64,000 nucleotides of DNA, taken from the NCBI GenBank assembly GCA_049451635.1, contig JBMTVT010000001.1:9644-73643 (forward strand), given 5' to 3'. The stretch's first letter is position 1; each line of letters starts with the position of its first letter. This DNA comes from Tamlana sp. (lineage in GTDB: Bacteria; Bacteroidota; Bacteroidia; Flavobacteriales; Flavobacteriaceae). The notes under the pieces were generated by a model. It saw nothing but the letters and a program-made list of their open reading frames with translations, had not been told where the DNA came from and ran no database searches. Below are positions 31,401 to 41,414 of the stretch, piece after piece. The position numbers and the translations under genes are program-made.

Positions 31401-32729
31401 ATGTTCAATAATTTAAGCGATAAATTAGATAAAGCTTTACACGTACTAAAAGGTCATGGGAGCATCACCGAGGTAAATGTAGCCGAAACCTTAAAAGAAG
31501 TACGGCGAGCTTTACTTGATGCCGATGTTAACTTTAAAATAGCAAAAGATTTTACCAATAAGGTAAAAGAAAAAGCTCTTGGGCAAAATGTATTAACCAC
31601 TTTGCAGCCTGGGCAACTCATGGTTAAAATTGTAAAAGATGAGTTAACCGATCTTATGGGCGGTGACGCCGAAGGTATTAACTTGTCTGGTGCGCCAAGC
31701 ATAATTTTAATGTCTGGTTTACAGGGTTCTGGTAAAACTACATTCTCAGGTAAGCTTGCAAATTATTTAAAAAACAAAAAAGCAAAGAAACCATTATTGG
31801 TGGCTTGTGATGTTTATAGACCTGCGGCGATTGACCAATTGCATGTGGTTGGAGAACAAATTGGCGTTGAGGTTTTTAGCGACAAAGGAAATAACGATCC
31901 TGTTGCGATTTCAAAAGCAGCCGTTGCGCATGCAAAAGCAAATGGGTTTAATGTGGTTATTATAGATACCGCTGGTCGTTTAGCTGTTGATGAAGCGATG
32001 ATGACTGAGATATCAAACATCCATAAAGCAATTCAGCCACATGAAACCTTATTTGTGGTAGATTCTATGACGGGTCAAGATGCTGTTAATACGGCAAAAG
32101 CTTTTAATGATGTATTGAATTTTGATGGGGTAATCCTTACCAAACTAGATGGTGATACACGTGGTGGAGCTGCTATTTCAATAAAATCTGTAGTTAATAA
32201 ACCCATCAAATTTATTGGTACAGGAGAAAAAATGGAAGCAATTGATGTGTTCTATCCCTCTCGTATGGCCGACCGTATTCTGGGTATGGGTGATGTGGTA
32301 TCGTTAGTTGAAAGAGCACAAGAGCAATTTGATGAGGAAGAAGCTAGAAAGCTTCAAAAGAAAATAGCCAAAAACCAGTTTGGTTTTGATGATTTCCTAA
32401 AGCAAATACAGCAAATTAAAAAAATGGGAAACATGAAAGACCTTATGGGTATGATTCCCGGTGCTGGGAAAATGCTAAAAGATGTTGATATTGATGATGA
32501 TGCCTTTAAAGGTATTGAGGCCATAATTCATTCTATGACACCAAAAGAGCGTACAAACCCAGCGGTGCTCAATGCGAGTAGAAAGAAACGAGTAGCTAAA
32601 GGTTCCGGTACGTCTGTTCAAGAGGTTAATCAGCTTTTAAAACAATTCGATCAAATGAGCAAGATGATGAAAATGATGCAAGGTGATGGCGGTAAAAAGA
32701 TGATGCAAATGATGAAAAACATACGTTAA
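31401..32729 (+). CDS. ffh: Signal recognition particle protein Ffh
   Basis: 442 aa, GLQGSGKTT...DTAGR...; Met-rich C-terminal M domain. Confidence 0.96.
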   Translation: MFNNLSDKLDKALHVLKGHGSITEVNVAETLKEVRRALLDADVNFKIAKDFTNKVKEKALGQNVLTTLQPGQLMVKIVKDELTDLMGGDAEGINLSGAPSIILMSGLQGSGKTTFSGKLANYLKNKKAKKPLLVACDVYRPAAIDQLHVVGEQIGVEVFSDKGNNDPVAISKAAVAHAKANGFNVVIIDTAGRLAVDEAMMTEISNIHKAIQPHETLFVVDSMTGQDAVNTAKAFNDVLNFDGVILTKLDGDTRGGAAISIKSVVNKPIKFIGTGEKMEAIDVFYPSRMADRILGMGDVVSLVERAQEQFDEEEARKLQKKIAKNQFGFDDFLKQIQQIKKMGNMKDLMGMIPGAGKMLKDVDIDDDAFKGIEAIIHSMTPKERTNPAVLNASRKKRVAKGSGTSVQEVNQLLKQFDQMSKMMKMMQGDGGKKMMQMMKNIR

Positions 32730-32757
32730 TCGTTCATTATAAAACACAAAATAAAAC

Positions 32758-33636
32758 ATGACCATTTTAGACGGTAAGAAAGTTAGTAATGATATAAAAG
32801 GTGAAATTGCTGAACATGTTAAAGCAATGAAATCAAAAGGAGAGAAAGTACCTCATTTGGCGGCAATTTTAGTAGGGTCGGATGGTGCAAGTATGACTTA
32901 CGTCAATGCCAAAGTAAAGGCTTGCGAGCGCATTGGTTTTAATTCTACACTTATTGAACTCCCAGAATATACTTCAGAAAATGAGTTGCTTGAAAAAATT
33001 AACGAATTAAACTCCAATAATGATATAGATGGTTTTATAGTACAATTGCCTTTGCCAGAACAAATTGATGAACAAAAGGTTATAATGGCTATAGACCCAA
33101 ATAAAGATGTTGATGGTTTTCATCCTGTAAATGTTGGAAGAATGGCTTTAGATTTGCCAACGTTTTTACCGGCAACACCATATGGAATCCTAGAGCTTTT
33201 AGAAAGGTATCAAGTTGAAACTTCTGGTAAGAATGTAGTCGTTATGGGTAGAAGCCATATTGTTGGTCGCCCTATGAGTATTTTAATGAGCCAAAAACGA
33301 AAAGCAGGTGATGCTACGGTTACAGTTGTTCATAGTCGTTCTAAAAATTTAAAAGAAATAACTTTAGGTGCTGATATTATTGTAGCGGCCATTGGTATTT
33401 CAGAATTTTTAACAGGAGATATGGTAAAGGAAGATGTAGTTATTATTGATGTTGGCATTACCCGTGTTCCTGATGCTACAAAAAAGAATGGATACAGACT
33501 TGCTGGTGATGTGCATTATGAAAGTGCTAGCCAAAAAGCAAGCTATATAACGCCAGTACCAGGTGGTGTTGGACCTATGACGATTGCTATGTTACTTAAA
33601 AACACACTACTTGCCAGAGAAAGGAATGCGAAGTAA
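32758..33636 (+). CDS. folD: Bifunctional methylenetetrahydrofolate dehydrogenase/cyclohydrolase
   Basis: 292 aa, [10 protein letters not shown]...[13 protein letters not shown]...[10 protein letters not shown]. Confidence 0.95.
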   Translation: MTILDGKKVSNDIKGEIAEHVKAMKSKGEKVPHLAAILVGSDGASMTYVNAKVKACERIGFNSTLIELPEYTSENELLEKINELNSNNDIDGFIVQLPLPEQIDEQKVIMAIDPNKDVDGFHPVNVGRMALDLPTFLPATPYGILELLERYQVETSGKNVVVMGRSHIVGRPMSILMSQKRKAGDATVTVVHSRSKNLKEITLGADIIVAAIGISEFLTGDMVKEDVVIIDVGITRVPDATKKNGYRLAGDVHYESASQKASYITPVPGGVGPMTIAMLLKNTLLARERNAK

Positions 33637-33648
33637 AAAAATTGCATT

Positions 33649-34374
33649 ATGATTTTTTTAATTTATGATGCAATTTTTTTATTGAACAGAGTTGAAATTG
33701 GCAGTTCTCAACATATATTACCCATTTTAAGTGCCATTTTGTTTTCTGTTTTATTTATTAAATATGCGAAATATAAATGGAACAAAAAACAGCAGAAAAA
33801 GGCACTTCATCTTTCAGCTTGTGTAATTAGTGTAACCGTTTTAGGCTTTCATTTGCATAAAATGAGCTGGGGTAATTACAATCTTTCAACAGATTTACCT
33901 TTGTATTTGTGTAGTTTAATGGGATTGTTAATTCCTCTATTTACTTATTACCAAAAGTTTTGGATGTATGAAATTTTGGTTTTTTGGATTATTGCAGGGA
34001 CTTTGCAAGGTGTTTTGACACCTGATATTCAGCTTGGGTTTCCAAGCTTTGATTATTTTAGATATTGGGTAGTACACTTAGGGCTTTTAACAATTATTTT
34101 TTATGCTACTTTCGTTTTAAAAATGAGACCTAAATTTAAAAGTGTTTTTAAATCTTTTTTTGCATTACAGCTTTATGTAATTATGATGGTTATTATAAAT
34201 TACACACTAAATGCCAACTATTTTTATTTAAATGAAAAGCCTCAATCAGCTTCTATTTTAGATTATTTTGGTGAATGGCCTTGGTATATTTTAGTCGCCC
34301 AACTTATTATAATACCTTACTTTCTATTGATTTATTTACCTTTTTATGTGGTTGAAAAAAGGAAAGTTTCCTAA
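33649..34374 (+). CDS. Polytopic membrane protein, TIGR02206/YwaF-like
   Basis: 241 aa, about 7 hydrophobic segments, DLPLYLCS motif. Confidence 0.45.
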   Translation: MIFLIYDAIFLLNRVEIGSSQHILPILSAILFSVLFIKYAKYKWNKKQQKKALHLSACVISVTVLGFHLHKMSWGNYNLSTDLPLYLCSLMGLLIPLFTYYQKFWMYEILVFWIIAGTLQGVLTPDIQLGFPSFDYFRYWVVHLGLLTIIFYATFVLKMRPKFKSVFKSFFALQLYVIMMVIINYTLNANYFYLNEKPQSASILDYFGEWPWYILVAQLIIIPYFLLIYLPFYVVEKRKVS

Positions 34375-34800
34375 TTATTTAGCAAATAATTGCCCCATAT
34401 CTTTAAACGCTTTAAACTCTAAAGCATTCCTAGAAGGATCGTAAAAAAACATGGTAGCTTGTTCGCCAACCAAACCTTCAAAACGAATATAAGGCTCAAT
34501 AACAAATTTGATGTTTTTTTGTTTTAAATTATCAGCAAAAGCATGAAAAATATCCCAAGGTAAAACCACACCAAAATGAGGTACAGGAATATCTTTTCCA
34601 TCAACGGGGTTAGTATGTAAAACGTCATCAGATTTTGGCTTGTAATGAATAACTATTTGATGTCCAAAGAAATTAAAATCTACCCAATGATCGCTGCTTC
34701 TACCTTCTTCACATCCTAAAATATCACGATAAAAAGCTCTACATTCATTTAAATTGTAAACTGGAATTGCTAGGTGAAAAGGCGATAAAGTTGTGTTCAT
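34375..34800 (-). CDS. VOC (glyoxalase/bleomycin-resistance/dioxygenase) family protein
   Basis: 141 aa, ...[23 protein letters not shown]... Confidence 0.7.
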   Translation of the reverse strand: MNTTLSPFHLAIPVYNLNECRAFYRDILGCEEGRSSDHWVDFNFFGHQIVIHYKPKSDDVLHTNPVDGKDIPVPHFGVVLPWDIFHAFADNLKQKNIKFVIEPYIRFEGLVGEQATMFFYDPSRNALEFKAFKDMGQLFAK

Positions 34801-34846
34801 ATTTTTAGTTTATCTATCTAAAATAAATATAATTAATTAAGATATC

Positions 34847-35275
34847 CTATTGTTCTCTTTCACAATTTATTTTCCAAGTTGGATAGATAACGGTTTCAGA
34901 CTTATCAACCCATTCACCAATGCATTTATAACCGGTTTCAGATATGTCATAAAAAGTCAATCTGAAAAACCCATCCATTCCATTTGGTGCTTTTTGCTCT
35001 TTGTATAAAACAATTTTTCCTACTTCTTTTATGCCTTCCCATGCTGGTAAGGTTTTTGGGATTCCTTTTGACGAGTAATAATGTACATGCCATTTACTGC
35101 TATCGGCGTTAAATTGCCTAATGCTTCCTGAATGTCCACCATCTGCTTTTAAAGTCTCATCTTGAACTGCAATACCATTCATAATGTATTTAAATCGCCA
35201 TGTCATATCAATTTCATATGCCCAAGTGCCGTCTGGATTTCGAGCAGTAGATTTACATTGGTATTCCCCAATCAT
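34847..35275 (-). CDS. Hypothetical protein. The frame stays open 42 codons upstream of the first ATG, so the N-terminus is probably displaced by a frameshift.
   Basis: 142-aa ORF. An adjacent-frame ATG at 35411 encodes MRLTTPLLFF..., joined through a T7 run (plus-strand A7 at 35381-35387). Confidence 0.55.
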   Translation of the reverse strand: MIGEYQCKSTARNPDGTWAYEIDMTWRFKYIMNGIAVQDETLKADGGHSGSIRQFNADSSKWHVHYYSSKGIPKTLPAWEGIKEVGKIVLYKEQKAPNGMDGFFRLTFYDISETGYKCIGEWVDKSETVIYPTWKINCEREQ

Positions 35276-35483
35276 GGGTTCAAAATCCTTAATTTGTAAA
35301 GGTGCTTCAGGGTTTGGTCTCCCAAAAGAGAACGCTTTGTTGGGTTCAAAATCATATTGCGCTAGGTCAGAAAATGACGTAAAAAAATAGAAGAGGAGTA
35401 GTTAGTCGCATAATTAACTTTTTTTTAAAGTTAAAGAAGAACTAAAAACCAGTTAGCTATTTATGAATAAATTAACAGCTAAT

Positions 35484-36239
35484 TTAACGTTTTGCTCGTT
35501 TTTTTTGAGCAAATGTTTTTGTTGAATTTACCAATAAATCATTCAACTCCTTAAACTCAGTCTTGGTTAATTCTCGATACTCTCCAACGGGGATATCTAA
35601 TTTAATATTCATGATTCTAACCCGTTTTAAAGTTTGCACTTCGTAATTTAAATAATCGCACATTCTACGAATTTGCCTATTTAGACCTTGAGTTAAAATA
35701 ATTTTAAATGTGTAAGTACTTAATTTTTCTACTACGCACTTTTTTGTGGTTTTATTCAAATCTGCTAAATGAATTCCGCCACTCATACGCTCAATAAAAG
35801 TTTGTGAAATGGACTTATCAACGGTAACAACATATTCTTTTTCGTGGTTGTTACTAGCACGAAGAATTTTGTTTACAATATCGCCATCGTCGGTAAGTAA
35901 AATTAAACCTTCGCTGGGTTTGTCCAATCTGCCAATAGGGAAAATACGCTTTGGGTAGTTTATAAAATCTATGATATTGTCTTTTTCAACAGATGTATCG
36001 GTGGTACAAACAATACCAACAGGTTTATTAAAAGCCAAATAAACAAAAGCTTCTTTAGCGTTTTTTATCTCCTTTCCATCTACGGATACCACATCATTCG
36101 GGGCAATTTTTGTGCCCATTTCGGGTACAACACCATTTATGGTTACACGTCCTGCATCAATAAGTTTATCGGCTTCTCTACGCGAGCAATAGCCTACTTC
36201 ACTTAAAAATTTGTTTATGCGTTTTAAATCTTCTGCCAT
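35484..36239 (-). CDS. Pseudouridine synthase, RsuA/RluF family (S4 domain plus catalytic domain)
   Basis: 251 aa, ...RINKFLSEVGYCSRREADKLI...GRLDKPSEGLILLTDDGD... Confidence 0.85.
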   Translation of the reverse strand: MAEDLKRINKFLSEVGYCSRREADKLIDAGRVTINGVVPEMGTKIAPNDVVSVDGKEIKNAKEAFVYLAFNKPVGIVCTTDTSVEKDNIIDFINYPKRIFPIGRLDKPSEGLILLTDDGDIVNKILRASNNHEKEYVVTVDKSISQTFIERMSGGIHLADLNKTTKKCVVEKLSTYTFKIILTQGLNRQIRRMCDYLNYEVQTLKRVRIMNIKLDIPVGEYRELTKTEFKELNDLLVNSTKTFAQKKRAKR

Positions 36240-36258
36240 AATTCAAAAGTACAACAAT

Positions 36259-37086
36259 TTATGTCTTTAGAAAGTCTAAAAGATCATTGTAAATCTCATC
36301 AGATTTAAGTCCATGACCATGTCCTGTTGTGGTAATTAATTTTGAATTTGAATAGTGTTTTTCAAAATCAAGCGCATCACTATAGGGAATGATGCGGTCT
36401 TTCTTATCGTGAACAATGAGCCCTTTTGATTGGATTTTTTCTGAAAATTTGGCTGCTGAAAAATACTCTGGCAAATGGTCGTATTTTTTTAAAACATATT
36501 GATTCATAGCATCAATAATTTTTTTGTTGTATCCCATCATTTTTGAATACCTATCAAAAACTCCAGTAAAATTTGAAGGCGCACCAAGTAAAACTAATTT
36601 TTGCAAGCTCTGTAATTGATATTTATGCTGAAAAAATACAGAAGCCATACCACCTACAGAATGCCCAATAATTACATTAGCTTGAAACTTTTTTGCTACT
36701 ATATGAATACATTCTGAAAACAAAAGGGCATTAAATAATTTCCCTGAAGAGTTTCCGTGTGCGGGTGCATCAAGCGCGATTACATTATAATCTTCTTTCA
36801 ATAAGATTTTTATCAAATCTTTCCATCTGGATGTATTGCTTTCCCAACCATGCGCTAAAAGAACAGTGTCTTTTTCACCTTTCCATTGATAGGTTGCTAT
36901 TTGGATGTCTTTATATGTTAATGTTTCCCGTTTAGCAGATTTTAAAATAGATTTGTCTAAGGCTTTTAATTTTCCTTTTTGTGGTCTTGAAAATAACTGT
37001 ATGGCAAGTTTTGCTGCTAATTTTGAAGAAAAATGACTTACTATATTCAACGAAACACCAATAGTTTTAAATAGCTTTTTACCCAT
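36259..37086 (-). CDS. Alpha/beta hydrolase
   Basis: 275 aa with nucleophile elbow GHSVGG. Confidence 0.75.
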   Translation of the reverse strand: MGKKLFKTIGVSLNIVSHFSSKLAAKLAIQLFSRPQKGKLKALDKSILKSAKRETLTYKDIQIATYQWKGEKDTVLLAHGWESNTSRWKDLIKILLKEDYNVIALDAPAHGNSSGKLFNALLFSECIHIVAKKFQANVIIGHSVGGMASVFFQHKYQLQSLQKLVLLGAPSNFTGVFDRYSKMMGYNKKIIDAMNQYVLKKYDHLPEYFSAAKFSEKIQSKGLIVHDKKDRIIPYSDALDFEKHYSNSKLITTTGHGHGLKSDEIYNDLLDFLKT

Positions 37087-37087
37087 G

Positions 37088-37450
37088 TTAATCTTCTCTA
37101 TTTACTAAATCCATTGAAAAGGCAGGTGTACAAATAGCAATATATTCACAAACTTCTGTAAATGGATTGGAGTATTGTACTCTGGTGTTTTTTTCAATTT
37201 TTATTGATTGTCCAGCTTCTAAAACTACGGTTTCTCCATCAATAATAAATTGTTTTTTTCCTTTAATGATGAATGTAAACTCATCAAATTCTGGCGTTTG
37301 AAAAGGTTCGCTCCAACCGGCCGGTGCTTTCATATGTGCAATACTTATATTTGAATTGCCATCGGTGGCTAAACCAAAGTGTTCTTTAATTATTTTGCCA
37401 TCGGTTGTTGGAACAACAAACGGATTGTCTTGTATTGTGTATTTTTTCAT
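37088..37450 (-). CDS. Cupin domain protein
   Basis: 120 aa, small beta-barrel-like. Overlaps the upstream gene by 4 nt. Confidence 0.55.
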   Translation of the reverse strand: MKKYTIQDNPFVVPTTDGKIIKEHFGLATDGNSNISIAHMKAPAGWSEPFQTPEFDEFTFIIKGKKQFIIDGETVVLEAGQSIKIEKNTRVQYSNPFTEVCEYIAICTPAFSMDLVNRED

Positions 37451-38430
37451 CTTTCTTCCTTCATAGGTTTTTTCTTTATCATACCACCTTTTAAATCTTT
37501 AACCACGCCCATTATAATAAAGGCATGTTTATCAATTTTATCAATTTCTGTTTCTAATTTAGCAATTTCTAAACGGGTCACCACTGTATAAATAATATCT
37601 TTATCATAACTTATTCCTTGAGTTCCAAAGCCACCTTTACCGGCATAAATGGTGCAAGCACGTTGAAGTTTTTCAGTAATCATTAGTCTCAAATCCTCAT
37701 GTTTTTCTGAAATAATGGTAATGCCTACATATTCTTCAACACCATCTACCACAAAATCAACCGTTTTTGCGGCTGCTAAATAGGTAAGAATAGCATAAAG
37801 GGCAATTTCAACCGAAAGTACATAAGCACCAACCGAAAATATAATAATGTTAATTAATAGCAGCACATCGCCAATGGTAAGCGATAATTTTCTGCTTAGG
37901 TAAATAGCCAGAATTTCGGTACCATCGATAACGCTGCCACCACGCATGGACATACCAATGCCCAAACCCAAAAAGAAACCACCAAAAACAGCGATAAGCA
38001 GTTTGTCTTCCGTAATGGTTGGATATTTTACAAAATGTACCACAAAAGCCAAAAGTGTAATGGCTGCGATGCTTTTTACAGCAAATTTAATATTGATGGT
38101 TTTTGATGCCAAAATTAAAAAAGGCAGATTTACCAGTACTAGAAGTAGACCTAACTTTAAATAAGTAATGTTTTCTAAAAGTAAAGAAATACCGGTAGCG
38201 CCACCATCTATAAAACCATTGGGCAATAAAAATCCTTTTAACCCAAAACCTGCCGAAAAAACACCAATAATTATAAAGATGTACTCTTTAACAGCGTGGG
38301 TAATTTCAACTTGTAAACTTCTTACTAAAGGTACAATTTGCTTTTTGCTAACAGGTTTATTGATATCCTGTTTGGATTTTATCCTTTTACGGGCAATATC
38401 TACCAGTACCTTTGATAAGAATGGATTCAT
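37447..38430 (-). CDS. YitT-family membrane protein (DUF2179 C-terminal domain)
   Basis: 327 aa, multiple TM segments plus a soluble C-terminal domain. Confidence 0.65.
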   Translation of the reverse strand: MNPFLSKVLVDIARKRIKSKQDINKPVSKKQIVPLVRSLQVEITHAVKEYIFIIIGVFSAGFGLKGFLLPNGFIDGGATGISLLLENITYLKLGLLLVLVNLPFLILASKTINIKFAVKSIAAITLLAFVVHFVKYPTITEDKLLIAVFGGFFLGLGIGMSMRGGSVIDGTEILAIYLSRKLSLTIGDVLLLINIIIFSVGAYVLSVEIALYAILTYLAAAKTVDFVVDGVEEYVGITIISEKHEDLRLMITEKLQRACTIYAGKGGFGTQGISYDKDIIYTVVTRLEIAKLETEIDKIDKHAFIIMGVVKDLKGGMIKKKPMKEER

Positions 38431-38436
38431 ATTGCT

Positions 38437-39000
38437 TTAATTGGTATTGTTCCAGTTTATAAAAAAGTATTTAACCTTGGCGTTATCAGGTATATGGGTG
38501 GCTTCTATTTTTAAATTCATATCAAACCTAAGATTAGCTGGTAATTCTTTTTTGTCTATCGCAAAACTGGCGTTTACATCGTTAACGGTAATTAAAACCG
38601 AATTAATTAAGTTATTGATTTTTGAAATTTTATAGGAACTTGAGATGTCTTTGAACGTGCTTAAGGTTGAAATGTTTTTAGCCGTTTTATAACGGGGGTC
38701 TATAATTTGAACGTTGCTAATTACCGATGTAGAGTCTAAAGCTTCTTGTGGTGTTAATATAAGTAGTTTGTCGCCTCCTTTTTCAAAGATTTCAATGGTG
38801 TTTTTACTTCCAGAAAACTCATCACCAGCAATAAATTGTGCAATGGAATCGGTAGCAAAGACTGTTTTTAGGTCTTTAACCTGAGTTGAATCGGTTAAAA
38901 AACCAATATGCTGTTTTCCAATTTCGAAAGGATCTTGTTCTTTTTTACAACCCGTAAACAATAAGGCTAGGGTTATTGAGCATAAAAATAAATTTCGCAT
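38437..39000 (-). CDS. Hypothetical lipoprotein
   Basis: Lipobox LLFTGC in MRNLFLCSITLALLFTGCKKE. Confidence 0.6.
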   Translation of the reverse strand: MRNLFLCSITLALLFTGCKKEQDPFEIGKQHIGFLTDSTQVKDLKTVFATDSIAQFIAGDEFSGSKNTIEIFEKGGDKLLILTPQEALDSTSVISNVQIIDPRYKTAKNISTLSTFKDISSSYKISKINNLINSVLITVNDVNASFAIDKKELPANLRFDMNLKIEATHIPDNAKVKYFFINWNNTN

Positions 39001-39045
39001 GTAATTAAAATATGTGTTAGTTGATTATTGCCGATTTCTTTCGCC

Positions 39046-40587
39046 TTACTTCTTCATCACCTTAGTTAAAATACCAAATACACTACGAATAAAGGTGGCG
39101 CTGGTAAGCACTTTAACTACAGGGTTCATTCTGGTACTGCTCCTACGGCTTGATGAGGTTCTTTTTTTTGATTCTGCTTTTTTAAGGGCTTCCCGTTCTT
39201 GTCGTACTTTTTCTTTTGCTTCTTCAGCTTCGGCTTTTTCTATTTTTTCGTTAAGCATTTCATAGGCACTCTCTCTATCAATGGTTTCGTTGTATTTTTT
39301 TACCATCTTAGATTTTGAAAGAAGAGAGCTTAATTCTGTATCGGTTAATACATCCATTCTGCTCATTGGCGCACGCATCATAGTAGCCGCCAATGGTGTA
39401 GGTCGCCCTTTTTCATCTAAAGCAGAAACCAATGCTTCACCAATACCAAGTGATGTTAACACTTCGGTAGTATCATAATAATCAGAATCTGGATAGTTTT
39501 GTGCAGTTAATTTAATGGCTTTTCTGTCATTGGCAGTAAAAGCTCTTAAAGCATGCTGGATTTTTAAGCCCAATTGTCCTAAAACAGCCTCAGGAACATC
39601 GGTAGGGTTTTGGGTTACAAAATACAAGCCAACACCTTTACTGCGTATCAGTTTTACAATACTCTCAATTTGATTCAACAATGCTTTAGAAGCCTCATTA
39701 AAAATTAAGTGGGCTTCATCAATAAACATTACCAGTTCTGGTCTGTCGCTATCACCTTGTTCTGGGAAAGTTGAATAAATTTCAGCCAATAAACTCAACA
39801 TAAAGGTTGAGAATAGTTTTGGTCTGTCTTGAAGATCTGTTAGCCTTATAATATTTATATAGCCACGGCCATCGTCATCAACCCTCAGTAAATCTTGAGT
39901 ATCAAAAGAAGTTTCCCCAAAAAATAAATCGGCTCCTTGTTGTTCTAGTTCCACTACTTTACGTAAAATGGCACCAGTTGAGGCGGTTGATATTCTTCCG
40001 TAGGCATCATCAAACTCTGCTTTTCCTTCTTTGGTGGCGTATTGTAAAATCTTTTTAAAATCTTTCAAATCCAACAGAGGTAATTTATTATCGCGGCAAT
40101 ACTGAAAAATAACAGCAACTACACCAGATTGTGCATCTGAAAGGTCTAAGATTCTGGATAATAATACCGGGCCAAATTCACTAATGGTAGCCCTTAACCT
40201 TACACCATCCTGTTCTGATAATGTTAAAATTTCAACAGGAAAACTTTTGGCTTCAAAGGGCAATCCAATCTTTTCATGGCGTTCATCAATTTTCGGGTGC
40301 CCGGGACTTGGTTGCGCCAAACCACTTAAATCGCCTTTTATGTCCATAAGCAAAACCGGGATACCTTTATCGCTTAAATTTTCGGCTAACACTTGTAACG
40401 ATTTTGTTTTTCCAGTGCCTGTGGCTCCAGCAATCAATCCGTGTCGGTTTAAGGTTTTTAAAGGTATTTTTACATGTGCGCCAGTAACAGTTTCACCATC
40501 TAACATGGCGGCGCCAACAGGAATAAAATCGCCTTTGGTTGTATTGCCCTCAAAAATATAATTAAAAAAGGTTTCTTTTCTATCCAT
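39046..40587 (-). CDS. HerA-like / DUF853 P-loop ATPase (YjgR-like)
   Basis: 513 aa, Walker A GATGTGKTKS, basic C-terminal tail. Confidence 0.75.
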   Translation of the reverse strand: MDRKETFFNYIFEGNTTKGDFIPVGAAMLDGETVTGAHVKIPLKTLNRHGLIAGATGTGKTKSLQVLAENLSDKGIPVLLMDIKGDLSGLAQPSPGHPKIDERHEKIGLPFEAKSFPVEILTLSEQDGVRLRATISEFGPVLLSRILDLSDAQSGVVAVIFQYCRDNKLPLLDLKDFKKILQYATKEGKAEFDDAYGRISTASTGAILRKVVELEQQGADLFFGETSFDTQDLLRVDDDGRGYINIIRLTDLQDRPKLFSTFMLSLLAEIYSTFPEQGDSDRPELVMFIDEAHLIFNEASKALLNQIESIVKLIRSKGVGLYFVTQNPTDVPEAVLGQLGLKIQHALRAFTANDRKAIKLTAQNYPDSDYYDTTEVLTSLGIGEALVSALDEKGRPTPLAATMMRAPMSRMDVLTDTELSSLLSKSKMVKKYNETIDRESAYEMLNEKIEKAEAEEAKEKVRQEREALKKAESKKRTSSSRRSSTRMNPVVKVLTSATFIRSVFGILTKVMKK

Positions 40588-40658
40588 ATATTTTTATTTC
40601 GCATAAAAATACAGGAAAAATAAAGAAGAAAAAAATATGGTTTTAGCCTAATTTACAT

Positions 40659-41341
40659 TTATATTTTTTCAATATAAATATTGGATGATCCAGTCGAACG
40701 TAAGTTGATAACGCCGGCATTTACAGTTCGGATTATTTGAACAGTTACTAAATAGCTCGCAACTAAATTAAAAACCTCGGTAATATGCAGTGAACTTTCT
40801 TGATGGCTATTCTTTGTGCGGATGTAACCCTTGGATGAATATGTACCTCGTTGGGTGCCGTTTATTTCTATCCACATTTCAGGGGTTAGCCTATCCGTTC
40901 CTGAAGTGTTTGCCAATGATACATTTACCGTTATTCTGTAACGCCCTATTTTGGTTTACAGTAATGGTATTAAGAGCTGTGTTTGTAGTATACAATGTAG
41001 TGTCATCGTTCCATTCAAGAGTGCTGATTATTGGCGTATTAATAGCCGCATTGCTATTTTCATCCAATGCTGTGTTAGAGGCATCATTACTATATTTAAT
41101 CGATAATTTTCGAGATGTTCTTAGCCAATTAGGAGTAACTGTAGAACCGTAATTAAATTGAAAAATGTTCAATCGGTGTTGTAAACCAATAATCCGTTGG
41201 CTGGATTCGGAATAGAAGCAATTTGAGTAGAGGATAATAGAGGTATGAGTAAGCCCCACTGTTTGATTCGATATCTAAGATAGAAGAGGGGTCGGTTGAG
41301 GTAGTGCCAATACCAACTTGAGAGTAGCTATGATAATTCAT
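40659..41341 (-). pseudogene. Frameshifted remnant of a tail-fibre-like gene with a VGIGT…LDI N-terminal motif
   Basis: Three overlapping minus-strand ORFs in three frames (41153-41371, 40891-41259, 40659-40916). Read across the shifts they continue one another (…SQVGIGTTSTDPSSILDIESNSG / GLLIPLLSSTQIASIPNPANGLLVYNTD… / …ITVNVSLANTSGTDRL…). Confidence 0.5.
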
Positions 41342-41400
41342 GTCAAATAGCCAAATTAAATTGAGATTCAAAATTGGTTAGTCTTAATGCCGAAAACATG

Positions 41401-41408
41401 TATCTTTG
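41401..41408 (+). promoter_or_regulatory. Candidate -7 box TAtcTTTG only 6 nt before the queE ATG
   Basis: Consensus match; would imply a leaderless or near-leaderless mRNA. Confidence 0.25.
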
Positions 41409-41414
41409 CCATCT

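Noticed and set aside
41406-41414. TTG start for queE, as in the ORF track
   Set aside because: The ATG at 41415 (MKNELK…) is a more plausible start. The TTG also overlaps the candidate -7 box.
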